Shown piece by piece: positions 30,819 through 40,396 of a stretch of DNA of 64,000 bases. Position numbers and translations under genes: made by a program. The DNA lies in assembly GCA_951813565.1 (NCBI GenBank), contig OX638351.1, forward strand, positions 3,104,001-3,168,000. Direction: 5' to 3'. The notes under the pieces were generated by a model, which had not been told where the DNA came from, searched no databases, and saw nothing but the letters and a program-made list of their open reading frames with translations. The stretch is from an uncultured Poribacteria bacterium (lineage in GTDB: Bacteria > Poribacteria > WGA-4E > WGA-3G). The number at the start of each line of letters is the position of its first letter. Position 1 is the stretch's first letter.

Positions 30819-31715
30819 ATGGAAACCGAACAGAAATATCGTCCTGCACCACCCGGATTCACATCGGAACAGTGGGATACTTTTAACGAAGACGGCATCA
30901 TCTTTATTGAAGATGCTATCTCCGATGAAGACATTGGGACCTATAAACATGCGATAGATCGCGCCGCTGCGACCAATCCGAAATATAAGCCAGGCGGCTA
31001 CCTCGGCATGGAGAACATTGTTGAACGCGATCCTGTTTTTACCAGCTTGATTGATCACGAGCGGCATGTCGGTTATGCCTACGATCTTTTCGGTGAACTC
31101 CTCAAACTGCATCAGAGCCAATTTTTTCTTCGACCACCCGGTGGTAAACAATACAATATCTGGCATCCGGATGGTGCACGCGCGCTGCCCTACGGCGTGT
31201 TTTCACCTCAATTACCGTTGCAAATCAAAATCGGGTATTGGTTGACGGACTTACCGCATGAGAAGATGGGCAATCTCGTTGTGCTACCGGGAAGCCACCG
31301 TCAGCAGTATATGGACGGATACGATACCCACAACAGCGTTTCGGGAGAGATGATTGTCTGTCCTCGTAAAGGCACAATGACGGTGATGCACTCCAGCATT
31401 TGGCATCGCGTAGAACCGAACGAAAGCGATGTAGTGCGCTACAACATCTTCGTGGCGTATTGTCCGTCATGGGTTACATCTGCGGATCGATTCCACTCCT
31501 CCCCAAAATGGTTAGAGACGCTCAATCGTGAACAGCGCATCATCATGCGGAGTTATAGCCACGCGTATCACAACGCGAAACCGCCCGCGTCCGAATTTCC
31601 ACTATTTTTAGACCGTGAAACAGGTGCCGATGCAGATGCAGGGACATATTTGGATCACGTTCAATTACACAGACGAAAACGGCAGACAATGCATGAACGT
31701 ATTGCAGAAATATAA
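30819..31715 (+). CDS. Phytanoyl-CoA dioxygenase family (PhyH)
   Basis: WHPD, GNLVVLPGSH, HSSIWH; AAGGAG RBS before ATG 30819. Confidence 0.88.
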   Translation: METEQKYRPAPPGFTSEQWDTFNEDGIIFIEDAISDEDIGTYKHAIDRAAATNPKYKPGGYLGMENIVERDPVFTSLIDHERHVGYAYDLFGELLKLHQSQFFLRPPGGKQYNIWHPDGARALPYGVFSPQLPLQIKIGYWLTDLPHEKMGNLVVLPGSHRQQYMDGYDTHNSVSGEMIVCPRKGTMTVMHSSIWHRVEPNESDVVRYNIFVAYCPSWVTSADRFHSSPKWLETLNREQRIIMRSYSHAYHNAKPPASEFPLFLDRETGADADAGTYLDHVQLHRRKRQTMHERIAEI

Positions 31716-31726
31716 GGCTAATCTAA

Positions 31727-32905
31727 ATGAAAAATCTGTTCCTTAAAGACATGCGTTATCGCCAAGCACGTGTTGTACTAACAGCACTTGGTATCACCGT
31801 GCTGATTTCGCTGATTCTGTTGTTAGGCGGTATTATGAACGGCATGCGTATACAAGCACAGCAATATGTGAAATCTACAGGTGCGGACATTTGGATTTCT
31901 GCCGAAGGCTCTGGCGGTGCTTTCATTGGGTTTTCACTACTTGATGAGGAACACATGGCATTTCTTAAGGCATCGCCAGGATTAGTTCCCGACTCTGCCT
32001 CTCCACTGATTTTCGCACAAGCACGACCTAACGTTCGTGGGAAACCCACTAAAGCAATGGTCGTTGGCTATACATTAGGTAAACTCGGCGGTCCTAAAAA
32101 CGTTGTTGAAGGAAGAATGTTCAAACCGCGCCAATTTGAAGATTATCGTCCTGAAGACCCTGTCCCCTATGAAGTAATTGTTGATGAAAAGATGGGGCTT
32201 GAAATTGGTGAATTGATCTCTGTTAGTAAGGAAAAGGTCAGAGTCGTAGGAAAGGCTAAAAGCCTGATGTTCGTCTTAGATACCCCTTTGCTCTTTATGG
32301 ATGTCCGTGCGGCACAGAAAGTTTTTCTTGAAAACACACCTTATGTCAATATGATAATCGCAAAATCAAACATAAATCAACAACCATCAGAGGTCGCTGC
32401 CAATTTAGATGCGTTTGAAACTATAGAAACACGCACATTAGAACATACACTTAAAGATATTATGGAATATTGGGTTGACAATCCGATGAAAGCAGTGCAG
32501 TTTTTGCGAGTTATGCTCTGGTTAGCTGCGGGTTTGATCGTAGGAATGATTACTTATGTAACGATGCTTGAAAAGACACAGGAAATTGGCGTGCTGAAAG
32601 CCATCGGCGCTTCAAACGGTTATGTAATGGGACTTCTACTCAAACAGGTCGCTTTAATCTCAGTCATCGGTGTGCTGCTTGGATTTATCTTATCCTATAT
32701 ATTTGCGGCAGCAGCACCTATCTTTGTAGCAATTAATTTAGTTGAATCGCTCATCGTTGCGGGCATCAGTTTTATTGTCTGTAGTGGCAGCGGTTACCTT
32801 GCAGCACGGAAAGCGATTATGGTTGATCCGATGATAGCGTTTCGCGGCGAGATTGACAGTGGCAGGATACGGCAAAATCAAAGTTTTGCTGACGCTGGTT
32901 CCTAA
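31727..32905 (+). CDS. ABC transporter permease (MacB/FtsX-like)
   Basis: N-terminal TM, periplasmic domain, EKTQEIGVLKAIGA, three C-terminal TMs, DPMIAFR. Confidence 0.9.
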   Translation: MKNLFLKDMRYRQARVVLTALGITVLISLILLLGGIMNGMRIQAQQYVKSTGADIWISAEGSGGAFIGFSLLDEEHMAFLKASPGLVPDSASPLIFAQARPNVRGKPTKAMVVGYTLGKLGGPKNVVEGRMFKPRQFEDYRPEDPVPYEVIVDEKMGLEIGELISVSKEKVRVVGKAKSLMFVLDTPLLFMDVRAAQKVFLENTPYVNMIIAKSNINQQPSEVAANLDAFETIETRTLEHTLKDIMEYWVDNPMKAVQFLRVMLWLAAGLIVGMITYVTMLEKTQEIGVLKAIGASNGYVMGLLLKQVALISVIGVLLGFILSYIFAAAAPIFVAINLVESLIVAGISFIVCSGSGYLAARKAIMVDPMIAFRGEIDSGRIRQNQSFADAGS

Positions 32906-33086
32906 TATAATTGAGGGGTGTGCATAAAAACTGATTTAAATATGCGCTTAAAGGTAGTAGGCACGCTCCGCGTGCCGTAACTAAATGCAAAAGAGGCGCA
33001 ATAAATTGCGCGACTACAAACGCCCTAATCTCAAAAAATATATAGATTTTCAGCACATTGGGTATACACTACTAAGAGGATGTATC

Positions 33087-33761
33087 ATGGCAACAATCGT
33101 AGAAGGAATCGGTTTAACCAAACGTTTTGGCATCGGTGATGCTGCTGTCGTCGCAATTGACTCGGTTGACATCCGAATCGAAGAACGTGAGTTGGTCATG
33201 ATTATGGGAGACAGCGGATGTGGAAAAACGACACTGATTAGTCTCCTTGGCTGCATTTTAACGCCGGATGCAGGGGAACTCAAAATTGATGGTGAAGCAA
33301 TCAATCCTGTAAATCAAGACCTGAGTGTGGTTCGCCGAGAAAAGATTGGGTTTGTTTTTCAGCTGTTCCATCTCCTACCATACCTATCAGCACTCGAAAA
33401 CGTTATGGTTGCGATGGACATTGCTAAAACAAACAGCGCTGAAGCAGAGAAACGGGGGATTGAGCTGCTGACACGCGTTGGCTTAAGTGAACGCCTGCAC
33501 CACCGTCCTGCCCAACTGTCTGGTGGCGAAAAACAACGCGTCTCTTTTGCACGCGCACTCGCTAACCGGCCCAAAATTATCTTTGCCGATGAACCAACTG
33601 CCAACTTAGATAGCCGCCAAAGCGACAATTTGATGAATCTGATTCAAGAACTACGGCAGGAACACCAAACCACTATCGCAATTGTGACCCACCATGAAGG
33701 GTTAAAAGAGAATGCTGATCGCGTTATCCAGATGAAAGACGGTAGGATAATTCCATCTTGA
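33087..33761 (+). CDS. ABC transporter ATP-binding protein (LolD/MacB-like)
   Basis: [30 protein letters not shown]. Confidence 0.95.
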   Translation: MATIVEGIGLTKRFGIGDAAVVAIDSVDIRIEERELVMIMGDSGCGKTTLISLLGCILTPDAGELKIDGEAINPVNQDLSVVRREKIGFVFQLFHLLPYLSALENVMVAMDIAKTNSAEAEKRGIELLTRVGLSERLHHRPAQLSGGEKQRVSFARALANRPKIIFADEPTANLDSRQSDNLMNLIQELRQEHQTTIAIVTHHEGLKENADRVIQMKDGRIIPS

Positions 33762-35146
33762 AAGATAATACTTTATTAAAAGTTTTTAGCAGCGGCATCG
33801 TTGCCTCAGTAATTTTAATTCTGGTAATAGTCTCCCCGATTTCCGCTCAGGAACGATTAACACCAATGGCAGAGCAAGACTTTTTCACAAGCGGATTTTA
33901 CGGTGGCGGTTTAACATTCATCAACGGTGATTCCTACGTTCGGATTCAACTCCAACCGGAAATTCCACTTGGAAAAATCGGTATCGGCTTTGATCTCGTT
34001 TTACTTTACAATCCTTATGCAGAAAATGCCGAAGATCAATTCCTTGCTGAGGATGCTGAAGCATGGGACAGTGCAAGCACATGGTTGCGGCTTATTCGCT
34101 ACATCAGTTTTGGCGATCCATACGATCCCTTCTACTTCCGTCTCGGTGAGTTCGATTACCTGACAATCGGACACGGATCCATTATGTCCGGCTATTCTAA
34201 TCATGATCGGCGCGGGCTACACATGAACCTCAAGAAATCTGATAACCGATACGGTGTCGAAACGATGGTGAATGACCTCGGATATCCCACAATTTACGGT
34301 GGGCGTGGATTTTTCCGTCCGTTTCAACGACCTGAAAACAATAATCTGCTGACACGATTTGAACTCGGAACTACCTATCTGATTGATATTGACCCAAATT
34401 CGTCAGAAGAGGGCGAAGAACCTTTGGACGCTGTCGGTTTTGATGTAGGATTTCCTATTATTGAACGGAGTTCATTTCGGTTTGATCTCTATGACGATTT
34501 CGTTATGATTAATCCACCCCCTAAACCAGAAATTTTTGTGTTAGAGTCTATAGCAGCGAAAGAAAAATCTAAATCACATTCAGAAAACTCTGTAAACGAA
34601 TTGGGATGGGGTAACGCTGTTGGCATTGGCTTTGCTCATACCAAAGCCATTTTCAAATTTGAGTATCGTATCTTTAGTGATGGCTATATTCCTGCTGTGT
34701 TTGATTATACTTATGAAGTTGGCATGCCAGAATTTTGGGGCTACGAGACGAACAATGCATTGAGACGCGGATTTTTCACACAACTTATTTGGCAACCAAT
34801 GCCGCAGCTCCATTTTTTAGGTGCTTATGAAAACTACGACAACAACACATCCAAAATCTATCTCGGTGTTAAAGAATCTGGATTAGTTCCACGTCTAACA
34901 TACCGGGCATTTTATACAAAACGAAATATTGGACAAGATAGTGAAACTAACTTTTTTTTGGATCTATTTGACCTTGATGAAAAATCAGCACTCACCCTCG
35001 AAATTCGTTATGCAATCTTTCCACCCATGCAAACGATCTTCACTCATGAGTACCGATTCCGACGTGTTCAAACCGATGAAGGGACCTCACAATTTGAACC
35101 TATACATAAAACTTCAATCATGGTAGGCGTTACAACAGATTTTTAG
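33758..35146 (+). CDS. Exported hypothetical protein, probable outer-membrane beta-barrel
   Basis: Signal peptide, alternating aromatic/hydrophobic strands, LTIGHGSIM motif, C-terminal Phe. Confidence 0.6.
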   Translation: MKDNTLLKVFSSGIVASVILILVIVSPISAQERLTPMAEQDFFTSGFYGGGLTFINGDSYVRIQLQPEIPLGKIGIGFDLVLLYNPYAENAEDQFLAEDAEAWDSASTWLRLIRYISFGDPYDPFYFRLGEFDYLTIGHGSIMSGYSNHDRRGLHMNLKKSDNRYGVETMVNDLGYPTIYGGRGFFRPFQRPENNNLLTRFELGTTYLIDIDPNSSEEGEEPLDAVGFDVGFPIIERSSFRFDLYDDFVMINPPPKPEIFVLESIAAKEKSKSHSENSVNELGWGNAVGIGFAHTKAIFKFEYRIFSDGYIPAVFDYTYEVGMPEFWGYETNNALRRGFFTQLIWQPMPQLHFLGAYENYDNNTSKIYLGVKESGLVPRLTYRAFYTKRNIGQDSETNFFLDLFDLDEKSALTLEIRYAIFPPMQTIFTHEYRFRRVQTDEGTSQFEPIHKTSIMVGVTTDF

Positions 35147-36511
35147 CACTCCCCGTCAAACCCCCTGCCTTTAGGTAGGGGATGTAGACGGCGAAAGTTT
35201 TGATTTAAAATATACTTTTCAATCTAATCACAATGTGGTATAATATATCATACTATAGTGTAACTCTTGAAGTGATAAAAGACTATATTGAAGGTCAAAG
35301 TGGACAATGAGAAAAGCTCACAAGTTCAAACTTCAACACCAATCTAACACAATCAAACTCGGCAATATGCTTGATGATATGTGGCAAATCCATGTGCATA
35401 TCATGCGTTTGGCACGTAGGTATTATCGCATGTTCGGCAAAAATTTGTCTGCGTATCGTCTGAAGGCACACGTCACAAAACTTAAAAAGACAACTAAACC
35501 GCATTGGGCAGCCTTGCCGAGCCAAGTTGTGCAAGACGTTGTGCTGCGTTATGGTAAATCACAAGACGCATTTTTCCAAAATATAGCAAGCCGCAAATCA
35601 GGTAAAACAACGCGTAAAGTGGGTAGACCGAAAATCAAACCGAGACACAAATACAACTCCATGACCTTCACACAAGCGGGCTACAAACTTGAAGATAATC
35701 GTATCAAAATCAACTGTATAGATACATGGTTTTCCTACCACAAACACCGTGAAATCAAAGGTGTCATCAAGACGATCACGATCAAACGTGACAGGTGCGG
35801 TGACTATTGGATATGCTTTTCGTGCGAGAATGTTGACGATCCCGAACCCAAACCCAAGACAGGTAAGAGCGCAGGGTTTGATTATGGAAACAAAACATTC
35901 CTCACAAGCGACGAAGGCAACAAGGGACAATCTCCGCAGTTTTTCAAACAATCACTGAAAAAGTTGCGAGCCTTGAGCAAAGCGCTGAGCCGTAAAGTCA
36001 AAGGTTCTAACAACTATTATTGTGCGTGTCGTGCTTTAGCAAGGCAACACAGAAAAGTTGCCAGACAAAGAGAAGATTGGCAGTGGAAACTTGCTCACGA
36101 ACTTTGCTCAAACTTTGATACCCTCTATTTTGAAACCCTGAACCTTGACGGTATGAAACGGCTTTGGGGTCGTAAAGTTTCTGACCATTCTTTCTACCAG
36201 TTTCTTCAGATATTGGAACAGAAGTGTGCGAAGCACGGCAAAAAACTTGTGCAAATCTCTCAATGGATAGCAACAACAAAACCTTGTAGTGATTGTGGAT
36301 ACCATAACAAAGAACTCTCTCTTTCTGATAGGCAGTGGACATGTCCCGAATGTGGTTCACACCACGACAGAGACATCAATGCTGCTATCAATATCAAACA
36401 GGCAGGCTTGGCTGCCTAAAGTGGAGCGACACTAAGACGGTCAACTCTCTGAGAAAACCGCAGTCGCAAGGAAGCACAAGCCCCTACCTTTAGGTAGTGG
36501 GTACCTATGAC
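35147..36511 (+). mobile_element. tnpB-only IS200/IS605-family element (IS1341-like)
   Basis: Left hairpin CCGTCAAACCCCCTGCCTTTAGGTAGGGGATGTAGACGG; right hairpin AAGCCCCTACCTTTAGGTAGTGGGTACCTATGAC; no tnpA; exact ends approximate. Confidence 0.85.
35307..36419 (+). CDS. tnpB: RNA-guided endonuclease TnpB
   Basis: N-terminal KAHKFKL; RuvC acidic residues in GFDYG, YFETLNL and DRDINAA; zinc ribbon CSDC..CPEC; 370 aa. Confidence 0.93.
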   Translation: MRKAHKFKLQHQSNTIKLGNMLDDMWQIHVHIMRLARRYYRMFGKNLSAYRLKAHVTKLKKTTKPHWAALPSQVVQDVVLRYGKSQDAFFQNIASRKSGKTTRKVGRPKIKPRHKYNSMTFTQAGYKLEDNRIKINCIDTWFSYHKHREIKGVIKTITIKRDRCGDYWICFSCENVDDPEPKPKTGKSAGFDYGNKTFLTSDEGNKGQSPQFFKQSLKKLRALSKALSRKVKGSNNYYCACRALARQHRKVARQREDWQWKLAHELCSNFDTLYFETLNLDGMKRLWGRKVSDHSFYQFLQILEQKCAKHGKKLVQISQWIATTKPCSDCGYHNKELSLSDRQWTCPECGSHHDRDINAAINIKQAGLAA

Positions 36512-36517
36512 TATCTT

Positions 36518-38410
36518 ATGGAACAGACAGAAACAAAAGAAGTTGCAGAATTTACTAAGCAACGTCCTGAATTAAAAGGCATTTCAAAGTGGATTTTTGA
36601 GATTAGCGCTGTCTTTTTCGTTGGTTACTACATCTATAGTGCAGGTTTCGGCACCGCTGCTGAACAATACCATCTCGGTTTGTATCTACTCCTCACATTC
36701 GTTCTGATTGGTATCCTCTATAAATTCCATCAAAGTTCTCCTACCTCGCGTCCATCTGTTATTGATATATTGCTTGTATGTCTGAGCGCCTGTGCAATCG
36801 GCTATTGGATTATAGACTATCCTAATATTGTAGACCGAGCAGGTGCATATACACATTTAGATATTGTGATGGGTGCTATCGGACTTATTATCAGTTTTGA
36901 GATGAGTAGGCGTACAGTTGGATGGGGACTGCCTATTATTGCAGCTGTCGGCATCTTGTACGCGCTGTTTGGTCGTGTAATGCCGGAAGCAATCTCACAC
37001 CAAGGTTTTCCGTTTCGGAGGATTATTGAACACTGCTTTTTTGGTCAGGATGGGATTTTCGGCATCATGGCAAACGTGATGGCGACTTATGTAATCCTTT
37101 TTATCTTTTTTGGTGCTTTTTTAGAGAAATCTGGTGTAGGTCAATTTTTTATTGACCTGCCGATGTCGCTCACGGGCAGGTCAGTTGGTGGTGCAGCGAA
37201 AGTGTCTGTTGTCACTTCCGGTTTCTTTGGCTCTGTCGCTGGGAGTGCAATCGCAAACACAGTCACGACAGGCGCGTTTACGATTCCGTTGATGAAGCGA
37301 ACCGGTTTTCGCCCACACATTGCAGGCGCTGTTGAAGCATCAGCCTCTGTTGGTGGTCAATTCCTACCACCGGTCATGGGAGCTGGCGCTTTCTTAATAG
37401 CAGAACGGACAGGAATTTCTTATAGCAAAATTGCGCTCATATCTATTGTGCCTGCAGTCCTCTATTTTTTATCTGTATGGGTTATGGTGCATTTTGAGGC
37501 GAAAAAACAGGGGTTGGCACCGATACCTGAGTCAGAAATACCTAAACTCTCCACGCTCATTAAAACGGGTTGGTACTATCTATTACCTTTGATTACCCTC
37601 ATTCTATCTCTTATGAGGGGTTATTCTGCTTACAAGTCAGCGTTTTTCTCAATTCTTGTCACAATTGCAGTCAGTTACTTCCGTGCGGAAACACGGTTGA
37701 CACCGAAACGGATATGGGAAGCAATGGTCAATGGGGCTAAAAACTCGCTTGCCATCGGTGGTGCAGTCGGCACGATAGGTATTATCGTTGCCATTATTGA
37801 TCTGACAGGTTTAGGTAGGATATTTCCAGATTTAGTGCTATCAGTAGCAGGCAATAACAAAGCGATTGCAGTGTTGCTCCTCGCAGCTGCTTCCTTAATC
37901 TTGGGGATGGGGATTCCCGTCACCGCCGCTTACCTGATAACCTCATCACTCGCTGTGCCAATTCTAACAACACCGGAGATGGGTATACCTGTGATTGCTG
38001 CGCACCTGATCATCTTCTGGCTCAGTCAAGATTCCAATATTACACCGCCAGTTGCGTTAGGGGCTTATGCCGGTGCGGCAATCGCCCGTGCAGACCCGTG
38101 GAAAACGGGATGGGCATGTTTTAAGTTTGCCAAACTGCTATACATCATGCCCCTTCTGTTTGCGTACACGAATATTCTGTTTACAGGCACACTTGTGCAA
38201 AATGTGATGTCTGTCGTAACAGCATTAGTCGGTACTGTCATCTTTTCGATTGTCACAATGGGTTTCTTTAAGCGGAGAACGCACTGGTATGAATCAATAT
38301 TGCTCGCGCTTGCAGCGTTTCTTGCATACACTAACACTATTTTGACGTTTATTATTGCGATAGTCCTTCTTGCCACCGTGTTCGTGGTTCAAAAGCAGTC
38401 AGAATCATAA
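36518..38410 (+). CDS. TRAP transporter fused (4TM/12TM) permease
   Basis: GIFG..ATYVILFIFFGAFL, GGAAKVSVV, ANTVTTGAFTIPLMK, ASVGGQFLPPVMGAGAF, GMGIPVTAAY, ITPPVALGAY. Confidence 0.93.
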   Translation: MEQTETKEVAEFTKQRPELKGISKWIFEISAVFFVGYYIYSAGFGTAAEQYHLGLYLLLTFVLIGILYKFHQSSPTSRPSVIDILLVCLSACAIGYWIIDYPNIVDRAGAYTHLDIVMGAIGLIISFEMSRRTVGWGLPIIAAVGILYALFGRVMPEAISHQGFPFRRIIEHCFFGQDGIFGIMANVMATYVILFIFFGAFLEKSGVGQFFIDLPMSLTGRSVGGAAKVSVVTSGFFGSVAGSAIANTVTTGAFTIPLMKRTGFRPHIAGAVEASASVGGQFLPPVMGAGAFLIAERTGISYSKIALISIVPAVLYFLSVWVMVHFEAKKQGLAPIPESEIPKLSTLIKTGWYYLLPLITLILSLMRGYSAYKSAFFSILVTIAVSYFRAETRLTPKRIWEAMVNGAKNSLAIGGAVGTIGIIVAIIDLTGLGRIFPDLVLSVAGNNKAIAVLLLAAASLILGMGIPVTAAYLITSSLAVPILTTPEMGIPVIAAHLIIFWLSQDSNITPPVALGAYAGAAIARADPWKTGWACFKFAKLLYIMPLLFAYTNILFTGTLVQNVMSVVTALVGTVIFSIVTMGFFKRRTHWYESILLALAAFLAYTNTILTFIIAIVLLATVFVVQKQSES

Positions 38411-38412
38411 AC

Positions 38413-39270
38413 TCACTTTGCTTGTGTCTCAACAATCTCTTGAAGTCGTTTCAAAATGTTGTCTGCTGCACGACGAGATGTGTCCTCATTAAATTCATCT
38501 ACAGCCTTTCCCGCTTGATGCAAATTCCCCATGTAGTACCGCGAGAAAAAAAAGTAGGTCCATAATACTGCATAAACGTAATGTTTATCCAGAACACTAT
38601 CAACCGTAACAAAACCGAGAGTACCGTTTAACGCGAGCGCGTTTACTCCACCCCGCCAATTGCCTGCGTAGACCTGCCCTGCCCCCGGAAAGATTGCGGA
38701 TAACACCTTAGCACCTCTGGGAGATTTACGTGGGAGATTAATTGCATGGTTAAAAAGATTATCCAACATTTCATCTGTGGTGTAGTTTTGTAACGACTCA
38801 TGCGCTTCTTGCCATCGAAATTGATAGATATTTGCAACCACTTGCAAGAAATGCGCGCGGCGGGACAGCGGTCCGGAAGGATTGCGAATTGTTACTTTTA
38901 TCAATTCAAGTCGGGCAAGATCATAGTTCTGTGAGGCAATAAGTGTTACTGCGAGTTCAAGTTGGTATTCGGACTTTGCATTTTCATCAGAAGCATGTAG
39001 CACAGCATTTCGCATTGCTAAAATTGTTTCCTGCAATAACCCTTGTGTTCTATAGGTGAGTCCGATTTTCTGATAGACCCCTGCTGCACGCATATCATCC
39101 GGATGAAAAAACAGAAAACGTTTGTATTCTGTAATGGCAGCATCATAATTTTCTAATTTAGAAAAATGGTCGCCGAGGGCAAGGAGATCTACTTCTGCAA
39201 TTGAAGTGAAATTGCAGAAAAGTGGAAAGATTAGCACAAGAAAAAATAATACGACAAGTTTCAAATTCAT
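38413..39270 (-). CDS. TPR-containing exported/membrane protein
   Basis: Signal peptide, TPR-like helices (YDAAITEYKRFLFFHP), C-terminal SAIFPGAGQVY plus TM segments. Confidence 0.75.
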   Translation of the reverse strand: MNLKLVVLFFLVLIFPLFCNFTSIAEVDLLALGDHFSKLENYDAAITEYKRFLFFHPDDMRAAGVYQKIGLTYRTQGLLQETILAMRNAVLHASDENAKSEYQLELAVTLIASQNYDLARLELIKVTIRNPSGPLSRRAHFLQVVANIYQFRWQEAHESLQNYTTDEMLDNLFNHAINLPRKSPRGAKVLSAIFPGAGQVYAGNWRGGVNALALNGTLGFVTVDSVLDKHYVYAVLWTYFFFSRYYMGNLHQAGKAVDEFNEDTSRRAADNILKRLQEIVETQAK

Positions 39271-39571
39271 TGAAAATCTAACTGGTTTTTGCTTCAAAGG
39301 TTATATGCATTTTGTATGAGGTATACTCAGTTTAGCATATTTAGATCTACTTTGCAATCCAGTTTTAGCACTGAGATAGGGTTGCTCCCGCCAAATACCA
39401 CGCGCATTTGGCGCAATTTATTCCACCTTTTACATTCTTGTAGGAGCGAGCTCCAGCTCGCGACATCGCTTAATCCGCGAAATCTTCGTCGTTACCGTAA
39501 ATTTGTGATTCAGAAATTGTCAAAAATTCATACACTCTTGTTACTGGGATTGGGTCGCGACCAGGAGGTTG

Positions 39572-40224
39572 CATAGGTGTCAATTTAAGCTTATAATTAC
39601 CAGATTGTCTCTTGTGAGAGGGAGACCTTGTCCGCCCGATTTTGTAAATCTCAACCTGTAAAATCCAAATCAACGCAGCATGCGCCAAATCAAGAAATCA
39701 ACGGTATGAACGCCTGTTGGCGTTCCCCGGGTATGAATGCCTGTTGGCATTCCCCGGGTATGAATGCCTGTTGGCATTCCCCGTATGGCATGCTGCCAAA
39801 TCAACGCTGAATGCGCGTGTAGGCATTCATCCAAATCAACGCAGCATGCGCGTATGGCATGCTGCGGGGTTGAAAACCCTCCCACAAGAAGGTGTATCCT
39901 TAAATTGATACCCATGGCGTCAATTTAGTGGATAAATCCCGTCAAACCTTGTAGGGCCAAATCAACGCCAAATGCGCTTTTTGGCATTTGGCGGGGTCTC
40001 TTTGCCCGCCATTGCTGATGTATTCAAACAACGGGCGGGCACCAAATCAAGAAATCAACGGTATGAATAACATTTAGTTATTCACCGGGTATGAATGCCT
40101 TTTGGCATTCCCCGGAGACCCGCCCCTACAATCGGGTTACGGTGTTGTTTGGGTTAAAATGTGTGAAACCTGAAATAAATCCTTAAATTGACACCTATGG
40201 TGTATCCTTAAATTGATACCTATG
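39572..40224. mobile_element. Nested MITEs with TIR CATAGGTGTCAATTTAAG, containing REPs and hairpin inserts
   Basis: Outer element 39572-40224 flanked by a 19-bp imperfect direct repeat; inner element 39913-40199 flanked by a perfect 21-bp direct repeat. Confidence 0.75.
39666..39865 (+). repeat. Stack of CAAATCAAC-hairpin mini-elements, including 3 x 27-bp tandem units
   Basis: Units at 39666-39796 (nested 39686-39782), 39797-39831 and 39832-39865 interrupt the REP AAATC^GGGGTTGAAAACCCTCCCACA. Confidence 0.85.
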
Positions 40225-40396
40225 GGTCGCGACCAGAAGGTCGCTCCTACATTAAGAGACTTTAGATAGGTATTATTGGAAAAATGAATTGATTGAGTGC
40301 CGTGTCCTATTTGAATTGACCTAATTTTTGGGACATGCTACAATGCCCTTAGTGCCAAAGTGCAAAGCGGAATTCTACCACTAAGGAGACAAAACA

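Noticed and set aside
39704..39782. Possible mini-CRISPR (3 x 27 bp)
   Set aside because: Head-to-tail units with no spacers; part of the hairpin mini-element
39289..39915. Short ORFs with repeated peptides (GMNACWHSP and similar; also 4164-4439)
   Set aside because: Translations of tandem DNA repeats with no coding signal
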